From Candidatus Omnitrophota bacterium (lineage in GTDB: Bacteria; Omnitrophota; Gorgyraeia; JAFGHF01): a stretch of 64,000 bases of DNA. The stretch covers positions 4,628-68,627 of the forward strand of contig JBHPFV010000005.1 of NCBI GenBank assembly GCA_042571705.1, read 5' to 3'. Of this stretch, positions 36,089 to 44,600 are shown piece by piece (positions within the stretch are counted from its first letter, which is position 1; every line of letters starts with the position of its first letter). A program made the position numbers and the translations under genes. Under the pieces are notes generated by a model. It worked only from the letters and a program-made list of their open reading frames with translations, did not search any database and was not told the origin of the DNA.

Positions 36089-36934
36089 ATGATTATTTCA
36101 ATTGCCAGTGGAAAAGGTGGAACAGGAAAGACTACAATAGCCACCAGTCTTGCTCTCTCCATAAATAGTGGTGTTCAATTTTTAGACTGTGATGTTGAAG
36201 AACCCAACGCCCATATTTTCTTAAGACCAAAGATTCAGCAAAGTAAGGCGGTATCTGTTCCCGTACCTAAAATAGATGAATCTAAGTGCACTTTCTGCGG
36301 CAGGTGTGCGGAAGTTTGCGCCTATAATGCCCTTGCCGTGCTCAAGAATAAGGTGCTAACTTTTCCACATTTGTGCCACGGCTGTGGAGGTTGCAATCTT
36401 CTTTGTCCCCAAAAAGCAATCACGGAAGTTAATAAGGAAATAGGTGTTGTAGAAATTGGCAATTCAGCTAACTTGCAATTCATACATGGAAGATTAAATA
36501 TTGGCGAAGTAATGTCACCGCCTTTAATCAGAGCAGTTAAAGAGTACATTAATCCAACCCGGAGCGTAATTGTTGATGCTCCTCCGGGCACTTCTTGTCC
36601 TGTTATAGAGACAGTTAAAGGCAGTGATTTTTGTATGCTGGTTACCGAACCAACTCCTTTTGGTTTAAACGATTTGATATTAGCGGTTGAAGTTTTGAGA
36701 AAATTGAATATTTCCTTTGGAGTTATAGTAAATAGGTCTGGTATCGGAGACAATAGCCTGGGTCATTACTGCAAGAAAGAGAATATTCCTGTACTAATGC
36801 GGATCCCTTTTAGAAAAGAAATAGCTTTTGCCTATTCAAAAGGAATTCCTATTGTGAGTGAATTCCCAAAGTATAAGCAGGAATTTGTAAAGTTATATAA
36901 AGAAATCACGGAAAGAATAAGATGGAGCAAATAG
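36089..36934 (+). CDS. MinD/ParA-type P-loop ATPase with inserted 2x[4Fe-4S] ferredoxin domain
   Basis: Deviant Walker A SGKGGTGKTT. CTFCGRCAEVCAY and CHGCGGCNLLCP clusters. Confidence 0.85.
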   Translation: MIISIASGKGGTGKTTIATSLALSINSGVQFLDCDVEEPNAHIFLRPKIQQSKAVSVPVPKIDESKCTFCGRCAEVCAYNALAVLKNKVLTFPHLCHGCGGCNLLCPQKAITEVNKEIGVVEIGNSANLQFIHGRLNIGEVMSPPLIRAVKEYINPTRSVIVDAPPGTSCPVIETVKGSDFCMLVTEPTPFGLNDLILAVEVLRKLNISFGVIVNRSGIGDNSLGHYCKKENIPVLMRIPFRKEIAFAYSKGIPIVSEFPKYKQEFVKLYKEITERIRWSK

Positions 36935-37764
36935 TAGTAATCAGCGGAAAGGGTGGTACAGGTAAGACAGTGCTGACTGCATCATTTGCCGTCTTAGCGA
37001 AAAATGCAGTCTTTGCGGACTGTGACGTAGATGCAGCTGACCTGCACTTATTATTAAAGCCAGAAATAAAGGAAAAACATGAATTCAGGAGTGGGAGGAC
37101 TGCGAAGATTGATAAAAAGCTTTGCCAAGAATGCGGTAAATGCATAGCTGCCTGCCGTTTTGATGCGGTAAATAAAGATTTCACAGTAGATTCTATCTCC
37201 TGTGAAGGTTGTGGTGTCTGCAATCTTGTTTGTCCAGCGGAAGCTATCAGGATGGAAGAAAACTTATCCGGAGAGTGGTATATATCAGAAACAAAGTACG
37301 GCCCTATGGTACATGCAAAGCTCGGTATTGCCGAAGAAAATTCCGGCAAACTTGTAACGCTAGTACGACAAAATGCAAAGAAAATCGCAGAAAGAGGGAA
37401 TAAGGACTATGTTATTGTTGATGGGCCTCCCGGAATCGGCTGTCCAGTGATTGCTTCATTAGCAAATGTAGATTTAGCCTTGATAGTTACCGAACCCACG
37501 CTTTCCGGTATTCATGATATGAAAAGGGTTGCCGATGTTACTAAGCACTTTGGTGTTAATGCAAAGGTGGTCATAAATAAGTACGATATTAACTTGAAGA
37601 ACACACAGGATATTAGAAAAATTTGCCAGAATAGAAATGTAGAGATTTTGGCCGAACTACCTTTTTCAGAAGATGTTATCAAGTCGTTAGTAGACGAGGT
37701 TCCTGTTGTTACGTATAATAATGCAATAACCAATGAGATTATTGAGTTATGGCAGAAGATTTGA
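36922..37764 (+). CDS. MinD/ParA-type P-loop ATPase with inserted 2x[4Fe-4S] ferredoxin domain (paralogue)
   Basis: SGKGGTGKTV. CQECGKCIAACRF and CEGCGVCNLVCP. Overlaps the upstream gene by 13 nt. Confidence 0.85.
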   Translation: MEQIVVISGKGGTGKTVLTASFAVLAKNAVFADCDVDAADLHLLLKPEIKEKHEFRSGRTAKIDKKLCQECGKCIAACRFDAVNKDFTVDSISCEGCGVCNLVCPAEAIRMEENLSGEWYISETKYGPMVHAKLGIAEENSGKLVTLVRQNAKKIAERGNKDYVIVDGPPGIGCPVIASLANVDLALIVTEPTLSGIHDMKRVADVTKHFGVNAKVVINKYDINLKNTQDIRKICQNRNVEILAELPFSEDVIKSLVDEVPVVTYNNAITNEIIELWQKI

Positions 37765-38129
37765 CTTATTACCCAAAGCAAATCGTAACACTTGCTAAGA
37801 GCCCAAAACATTTTGGAAGAATGAACGACCCCACTAGTAGCGCATGTATTAAGGGTCCCTGTGGGGATGAAATGGAGTTTTATCTTACTATCAAGGACAA
37901 ATTCATCGAAGATGCAACATTCTACACTAAAGGTTGCATTGCAACAATAGTATGTGGTTCTATGACCGCACAGTTAGCAGCAGGAAAGTCTGTTAATCAG
38001 GCTCTAGGGCTTTCTCCAAGAAAGGTAATTGAAGCCTTGAATGGTTTGCCGGAAGATAATTGCCACTGTTCCATTTTAGCTGTCAGCGCTCTTTATAGAG
38101 CTATTGCAGACTATTTGCTTAAGAAATAA
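37749..38129 (+). CDS. IscU/NifU-N-terminal-like Fe-S cluster scaffold protein
   Basis: The three conserved Cys contexts are present: GPCGDEMEF, KGCIATIVCGS, NCHCSILAVSAL. Confidence 0.75.
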   Translation: MAEDLTYYPKQIVTLAKSPKHFGRMNDPTSSACIKGPCGDEMEFYLTIKDKFIEDATFYTKGCIATIVCGSMTAQLAAGKSVNQALGLSPRKVIEALNGLPEDNCHCSILAVSALYRAIADYLLKK

Positions 38130-38142
38130 AAGGTTATGAAGG

Positions 38143-38853
38143 ATGCAAATAAGAGTACTTTTTGATAGCGTTGCTATGGATAACAGGTTTTTAACGGGAT
38201 GGGGTGTTTCATATTTAATTGATGGAAAAGTTCTATTTGATACAGGTGAGAAATCAAGTTCATTGTTTAGGAATATGCAAACTATGGGCGTGAGGATTTC
38301 TGATATAAAAGTGGTTGTTATTTCTCATGACCATTGGGATCACAGAGGTGGTTTATGGGGGATTTTGAAAGAAAATCCCAAGCTAAAAGTTTGTGCTTGC
38401 CCTAATTTTAGCAGAAGATTTAAGAATAGGGTTAAATCTTCTGGTGGTCAACTAATCGAAGCCGATCAATTTACTCAAGTTTACAAAGATATTTATAGCA
38501 CTGGAGAGGTAGAAGGAAGATATGTCGGTAAATACATGCCAGAACAAGCCCTAGTTTTAAGAACAAAAAAAGGTATATCGGTCCTTACAGGTTGTGCTCA
38601 TCCCGGAATAATAAGGATTATTGAAAATGTAAAACGAAGTATATCTGGCAATATTTATCTTGTTATGGGCGGTTTTCATCTGATGGGTAAACATAAAAAG
38701 ACAATCACACCTATTGTGGATAAATTTCGGCAGTTGAAAATAAAGAAAGTTGCGCCCAGACATTGCACCGGCAAAAATGCTGCAGAGTTATTTAAAGAAA
38801 AATATGGTGGCGATTTTATTGAGGTAAAAGTCGGACAAACAATAGAAATATGA
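38143..38853 (+). CDS. Metallo-beta-lactamase-fold protein
   Basis: ISHDHWDHRGG (HxHxDH), a later GCAHPG, and a final HCTG. Confidence 0.75.
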   Translation: MQIRVLFDSVAMDNRFLTGWGVSYLIDGKVLFDTGEKSSSLFRNMQTMGVRISDIKVVVISHDHWDHRGGLWGILKENPKLKVCACPNFSRRFKNRVKSSGGQLIEADQFTQVYKDIYSTGEVEGRYVGKYMPEQALVLRTKKGISVLTGCAHPGIIRIIENVKRSISGNIYLVMGGFHLMGKHKKTITPIVDKFRQLKIKKVAPRHCTGKNAAELFKEKYGGDFIEVKVGQTIEI

Positions 38854-38913
38854 TTTGGCACCTTCTTAAGAGCTGGTACAACTGATGGGGGCCGGTCACT
38901 AGAAAGGAGAAAA

Positions 38914-40071
38914 ATGGATAACAGGTCTTGGTTCTCGCAAATCGCTTTTAAACAACGGATTTGGCTGTTTTCAACCTTAGCAGGAATGCTTGCGATTATA
39001 GCTTTTGGGATTTTGTTAAGCCCACCGAGCAAGTCAAAGGAATCAATCGATTTCAACATTAATATGTCTATTCAGGATATTGCTCCCAAACTTGGAGTTA
39101 CAGGTAAAGGCCTTGCCAGGGAACTTGAACTGCCACTCGACGCTTCTAAGAAAAAACCAGTCCGGACGTTAGGTGTGACATACGAAGAACTTGATCATGC
39201 CATTGAACACATTCTATCCCATCATGATTCTGTGCTTAAATATTATGTTTATGCAGCACTGGTTCTCTTGGGACTTGTATTTCTTGTGAGACTAGGGCGT
39301 CCAGATAATTCTGATAGTAAGAACCGCCGTGTCTGGTACCCAAAAACCCCATATATTGTTGCTCTCTTGTTTTCTGTAATAGTAGCTGGATTCATTCTTG
39401 GCAAGTCACCTAATCCCATGGAAGGGACGGTCAAAATATTTAAATCCATGGTGGGGCTTTATCCTGATCCAATGGTCAAAGTAATCGCCTTTGTCTTCTT
39501 CATTATATTGGCCATTGTTGGAAATAAAATTATTTGTGGCTGGGCGTGTCCTTTTGGTGCTTTGCAGGAACTTATCTACAGCATACCAATTTTACGAAAA
39601 ATCAAAAAAATGAAACTCCCATTTGTATTCACAAACGCAATCCGCGCATGTCTTTTTTTTGCCATGCTTCTTTTTCTGTTTGGAATCATTGGAGGGCGCA
39701 AGGGATTTGTGATTTATCACTACGTTAACCCTTTTAACCTATTTAATCTTGATTTCGAGACATTCAGTATTCTGCTGACAGTAACCGTTGCCTTGTTGAT
39801 ATCATTTATTATCTACCGTCCATTTTGTCAATTTATTTGCCCTTTTGGCCTTGTTTCTTGGATAACTGAGCGATTCAGCATTTTTCGTATTCGAATTAAC
39901 AAGGAGAAGTGCACCCAATGCGGTGCCTGTATGAAGGCATGTCCCCTAGAAGCTGCAAAAGGCCGGGTTAACAGAAAAAGATTACCAGCAGATTGTTTTA
40001 GCTGTGCGCGTTGTTTGAATGTTTGTCCAGTTGATGCCATTCAATATGCACCTTCCTTAAAAAAGGCATAA
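38914..40071 (+). CDS. Integral-membrane polyferredoxin (NapH/MauN/NosR-like 4Fe-4S binding protein)
   Basis: Multiple TM segments with the membrane Cys motifs CGWACPFGALQE and CQFICPFG. C-terminal CTQCGACMKACP and CFSCARCLNVCP. Confidence 0.8.
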   Translation: MDNRSWFSQIAFKQRIWLFSTLAGMLAIIAFGILLSPPSKSKESIDFNINMSIQDIAPKLGVTGKGLARELELPLDASKKKPVRTLGVTYEELDHAIEHILSHHDSVLKYYVYAALVLLGLVFLVRLGRPDNSDSKNRRVWYPKTPYIVALLFSVIVAGFILGKSPNPMEGTVKIFKSMVGLYPDPMVKVIAFVFFIILAIVGNKIICGWACPFGALQELIYSIPILRKIKKMKLPFVFTNAIRACLFFAMLLFLFGIIGGRKGFVIYHYVNPFNLFNLDFETFSILLTVTVALLISFIIYRPFCQFICPFGLVSWITERFSIFRIRINKEKCTQCGACMKACPLEAAKGRVNRKRLPADCFSCARCLNVCPVDAIQYAPSLKKA

Positions 40072-40192
40072 CAAAGCGTTGTAATTGGACTTATTTGTTC
40101 TTATCTATGGGATTTACCTTCCAGCTCAACAATCTTAGGATTATATAGCCCGTTTTTATATTACCAACAGGAATAAAGACTATATTAACAAA

Positions 40193-40942
40193 ATGGTGAA
40201 AAAGTTTATTTATTCAGGAATAATTGTAGGCCTGGCAATCATTTTGAGCTCTTGCGCTAGAGCGCCAATTAGACCTATAGCATATCCACCCAAAGAGGCA
40301 CCTATTTTAAGGAAAGATGTCATTCATACAGTAGCCCCAGGAGAGACGGTTTGGCGTATAGCTAAGATGTATGATATTGAAACCAAAGATATCATGCGGG
40401 CGAACACTCTAAAAAAGGCAAAAGAGCTAAAAATGGGCCAACGTCTTTTTATACCAGATGCTGCGCCACTCAAAGCAGTCATTTCCCTTTACCGCTCTAA
40501 GAAATGGAAATACATCATTATTCACCACAGCGCAACCGATGAAGGATGTGCGTTGCATTTCCATTTTGCGCATCATTCAAGGGGATTTAAAAAAGGATTG
40601 GGTTACCACTTTGTTATTGATAATGGAACGCGGGGAAAAGAGGATGGACATATTGAAGTTTCACCTCGTTGGTTAAAACAACTGGATGGCGCGCACTGCA
40701 AGGCTTCAGGAATGAATAACAAGGGAATAGGCATTTGTCTTGTGGGCAATTTCAATAAAGAACAAGTTCCTAAAAAACAGATGGATTCATTACTATATTT
40801 GGTGAATTGCCTGAGAAAACACTATAGAGTTCCTCTAAAAAACATAATGGGACATGACCAGGTTTTCGGGGCAAAAACAGAATGTCCGGGTAAGAATTTC
40901 CCTTTAGATAAATTTAAAGAACAACTTGGAGCATCAAATTGA
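40193..40942 (+). CDS. Lipoprotein: LysM + N-acetylmuramoyl-L-alanine amidase (Amidase_2/PGRP type)
   Basis: Lipobox ILSSC. LysM (HTVAPGETVWRIAKMYDIETKDIMRANTL). Amidase_2 motifs (IIIHHSAT, GYHFVIDNG, GHDQV..ECPG). Confidence 0.8.
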   Translation: MVKKFIYSGIIVGLAIILSSCARAPIRPIAYPPKEAPILRKDVIHTVAPGETVWRIAKMYDIETKDIMRANTLKKAKELKMGQRLFIPDAAPLKAVISLYRSKKWKYIIIHHSATDEGCALHFHFAHHSRGFKKGLGYHFVIDNGTRGKEDGHIEVSPRWLKQLDGAHCKASGMNNKGIGICLVGNFNKEQVPKKQMDSLLYLVNCLRKHYRVPLKNIMGHDQVFGAKTECPGKNFPLDKFKEQLGASN

Positions 40943-40980
40943 GGGAATACAAATGGGTAAAAAAATAATACCCTAACAGA

Positions 40981-41066
40981 TTAAGGTATTTTACTGCCTG
41001 TCGTTGTCATAGATAGAGCAGCGTGTTTTATGCCTTTGATGGATTTTAAGATATTCAATAGCTTTT
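40981..41066 (-). pseudogene. Inverted 3' fragment of a nikR gene
   Basis: The reverse complement of 40958-41066 is near-identical to nikR 32045-32152. It encodes ..LLNILKSIKGIKHAALSMTTTGSKIP*, including the stop and downstream hairpin. Confidence 0.8.
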
Positions 41067-41100
41067 TTGAAAAGTGCCGTTGAAAAATTAGATTTTTAAC

Positions 41101-41186
41101 TGGCACAAATCCGGCACAGACAAAAAAGAGTCGTTGTAACCCCAATAGTTACAACGACACATATTTTCTGGTGCCGAAGCGGGGAT
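41101..41186. repeat. 21-nt DR (copy 2) + terminator-like hairpin + 18-nt tRNA-Leu 3'-end copy (boundary between islets B and A)
   Basis: tggcacaaatccggcacagac, then gtcgttgtaac..gttacaacgac, then tggtgccgaagcggggat (41169-41186). Confidence 0.85.
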
Positions 41187-41243
41187 CTGATTAAAGGGGA
41201 GTTTCAGTTGTTTGTATTGACTTACTTAAAATTGCATATGGTT

Positions 41244-41274
41244 GTGTAACTGCATTATAAATATAAAGTTACGC
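41244..41274. repeat. Island-arm inverted repeat (gtgtaac..gttacgc), second copy
   Basis: Lies 75 nt after the tRNA-fragment start, as in islet B. Confidence 0.6.
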
Positions 41275-41328
41275 CCTTTCATCTGGTTTTGTCTAGCCCT
41301 ATTAAATCAGGCTATTTTAACATAGATA

Positions 41329-41349
41329 TGGCACAAATTTGACACAAGA
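41329..41349. repeat. 21-nt direct repeat, degenerate copy 3 (tggcacaaatttgacacaaga)
   Basis: Lies 160 nt after the tRNA-fragment start. Copy 1 sits exactly as far from its own tRNA fragment. Confidence 0.65.
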
Positions 41350-41594
41350 AGGGCAGACATTTCCCAATTTGTAACATATTTAATTACAAATAGTTACATA
41401 ATTTGTTAATAGTTACAAAAGTTGCATTTTAGGCCTTGCTTTTTTCCATTTATATGGCATACTTGTACTAAGATAGACGCGAAAAAAGGCAAATGCCGGG
41501 TAACCGGCAGACTCCGCCACAAGGAAGGCGGATTATCTTGTATTGGATTAGACCCTGCGCCTAGAGGAATTGCGCAGGTCTATTCTTCTGAATT

Positions 41595-41639
41595 AGAGGC
41601 GGCCAGGATAAGCAAAGCTACAGGCGCCTCTTTTTTATT
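41595..41639 (+). terminator. Intrinsic-terminator-like hairpin + T-run inside the leader of the giant ORF (possible attenuator)
   Basis: agaggcggcc..aggcgcctc followed by ttttttatt, 44 nt before ATG 41683. Preceded by several stable hairpins. Confidence 0.4.
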
Positions 41640-41682
41640 GCGCAGCTGAGCTACCGATGTCTTATAACCGGTAGCCATTTTT

Positions 41683-44600
41683 ATGCGCAAGAGAAGTCCC
41701 AAAAGAAGACAAGATGCCTCCTGGATCTGGCTATGCAGCCTGCTAGCCATATTCTTTATCTTTATTATAGTCAGCTATGGCAGGGGTAGCCTAAGAGCAA
41801 ACGGTTCTTACCAAAAGACTGTCTCTCAAGTAGCCGAAAGCATTAAACTCACCCCCTACACTCCACCTACCCTAAAAAGCCTAATCGTCCATCCTGAATC
41901 CACTGATAACTACTTTGACTTTATCCTGGACACCCAGGAAGAACCTGTTGAAGATGAGGATAGCTTAGAGCCTATAGCCAAGGAACTAATCGACTACTTC
42001 TTCTTAGGTATCACCCTGCCAAGTGATGATCTCTGGGTTAACCTTAACTCAGTCCGGCAAAATGCCATCACCAGCCCCAGACTTGCCTTAACAGACATAG
42101 GAAAGGTACTTTTAGAGGCAGATTTAACCCTGAAGAAGGACTGCTGTAGGTTTACTGATCCTAGAACCAAGACCGGTAAAGAATACTGGGGTAAACTACA
42201 AGCCAGGCTTAATGAAGCAAACCTAAGTACCTCTCAACTACCCATAGGCAATAGGTTCTGGATCATACCAGAGGAAGCTGTTGTAGAGGAAAACTCTGAT
42301 AATCATACAGTCACCATAGTCAAATCCAAGCTAAAAGTTTGCCTACAACAAGAATACCTTGAACTACAAAACAACCAAGTAACCCTCTTATCTGACCAAA
42401 ATCAACACCCCCAAGCAAGATTAGCCCAGGATATTGCCGACTTTACCATGAAAGAGGTAATACTACCAGCTATTCAAGAAGAGGTAAACTATGGCAAAGC
42501 TTATGCCAAATTAAGACAAGTTTATAACTCCCTGATCTTAGCTGAATACTACAAGCAGAAATACCACCATGGCCAGGGACTATACCCCAAACTCATCAAC
42601 AGAGCCCATATCCAAGGCTTAGAGTCAAATGAACCTTGGAACACCCAAGACTTCTATCAGGCCTATGTCAAATCCGCTCAAGAAGGCGAATATAAGCTTA
42701 CTCAACAAGAATATGACCCCTACCTTGCTTCAATGGTCCAGAAATACTACTTCTATGGGGGTGTGTTGATTAGCAAACTAAGGGATGTTTTGCAGAGAAG
42801 GGTAAAAGATTCAAGTTCTGCAATGCAAAAACAAGCTGAGGCCTTAAGGATAGAAATTGATAAAGATGCGGAAGGACGCTACTGGTATGTTCGAAACTAC
42901 ACCCAACCGCAAAGCCCATGGAAGACCATTATAAAGATTTTCAGAGGAAAGAAGCCAAAAGATCAGGTAGAATTTGCAGGCAGGCCTATCGAGTCCTCCG
43001 AAAAGTATAGGCTAAAGCAAATATTAGAAAAATTTGAAAGTGAGTCAAATGTTGTACCATCTTATGATGAATCGAGTTATGTCTCTATTTTGTCGGATGA
43101 GCTATGTCATAATGTAGGCTGGGATAGTTTTATCGCTTCTCATTTAGATAATAATTTTTTAATACGTGAATCCGCTTTCAAGAACGATAACCTGTTAACA
43201 ATCACCTTATTATTGCCTAATCAATTTAGGTGGGAACATTCTCTAGATTCATTACGTGCACTTAATGAAAAACTTATGACATTTGGGCTTTATGTTGATA
43301 GTAAGGGAACCCTATATGAGATAGAAGATAAGGGGTTGGTGGATACGGATCAGGGAGCAGTAGAAGTCCTTTATGTACATCTTATTGATAAATATCCCGA
43401 TGGGGAAAAGAGAAGCGGAGGATTTAGCTCCCACAGTGATAATCGAATAGTTATATGTAGAGATGCAATAAAAAGACAGGTTACAGAGATCAAGCAGGTT
43501 TTAAATAGCATGACCTCCGTAGATATAAGTAAAGGTGCAAAATTAGTAGGTATCGCACTATTGAAAAAGGGACTCGGATCTTCTGATTTCAAAGAATGCT
43601 GCAGATTGGTTGAACAAGGCATACTTCTTCATGAGGTTAAGCATGAAGTTTGCAGGCGCATGTTAGGAGGGCAGGCAAAAGTTAAATGGCCAGTTTTGGA
43701 CGAAGAATTTGCAGAACTGTACACAATTAGAAATGCAGAAGAACCTTTTCATATTCTTGCCAACCTTGTTGGCAAAATTGCAGTACAGCAAGAACTTACG
43801 GAAGAAGAAGCTAGAGAACGACAAGCAGCAGTTAATGTTTTGATCCGGCTGTCAAAGCTTCGAAATATGGATGTTTTTCCTTGGCTATCTTTTATGGTAG
43901 AAAGAGGGACTAAAGAAGACTTAAATGATGCAGCTAGAGTAGCCTATGTAGACTCGGAAGAAGTATGGATAGAACAATATGCCAAACTTGGCCATCAATT
44001 CGGCGGGCCCAGTGGAGGGCTCCACGCTGGGGAAGTAGAGCCGGCGATTCGAAGAATTCTAAAAGCAGATCCAGGATTAGCTGATAAATCTGCGGAAGAA
44101 CTCCTTGAGCATCTTAAACAACACCATGAAGGAATATTTGATGCTGTGGATAAAGCAAAGAGGATAGAGCAAGTTCAAAACATATTAGATATAAAGAGAA
44201 ATTCGTTGCGGCAATTTCAATATTTGACAGAGAAAGACGAAAATTGGCCGTTAATATTGACATTTTTTCAAGATCTTGGTGTGCAGCAAAATTATAACAT
44301 TGCCCATGTCGGTGTACATGCTCAAAGTAATATGGCAATTGCTGCTGCCTATTTAGAAGCACATTATACAGGATATGAGTTAGATCTCGAGAACTTTAGT
44401 AGGAACCAAGAGTATATAAGCCAATTGCTCAATACTCCTCAGGTAGCTAAAGAATTGCCTGGGACGATCAAGTATCTTCAGGGAGAGTTCTCTTCAGGGG
44501 AAAAGTCTCAATCTAAATCTTTTGGCCAGCGAAGCCAGGATGTTGTTTTAATAATAAGTGGCGCTTTAAGTGATCCTTATTATCCTGTATCTGACCCGGA

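Larger units (their letters stand above)
31451..41168. mobile_element. Islet B (about 9.7 kb): NikR/Fur metallocluster-type cargo + LysM amidase
   Basis: Bounded by tRNA 3'-end copies at 31432 and 41169. It carries the same left-arm architecture as islet A. No recombinase gene. Confidence 0.6.

Noticed and set aside
36322-37349. Two minus-strand ORFs (143 and 147 aa) inside the MinD-ferredoxin genes
   Set aside because: They are antisense to genes with unambiguous Walker A and 4Fe-4S motifs, and are shadow ORFs.
38676-39059. 127-aa minus-strand ORF bridging the MBL-fold and polyferredoxin genes
   Set aside because: It overlaps both well-supported + strand genes and has no RBS or motif.
41422-41649. 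75-codon ORF upstream of the giant gene
   Set aside because: It has a non-ATG start, no RBS and an odd composition. It exactly overlays the hairpin-rich leader and the terminator-like element, so it is more likely non-coding.
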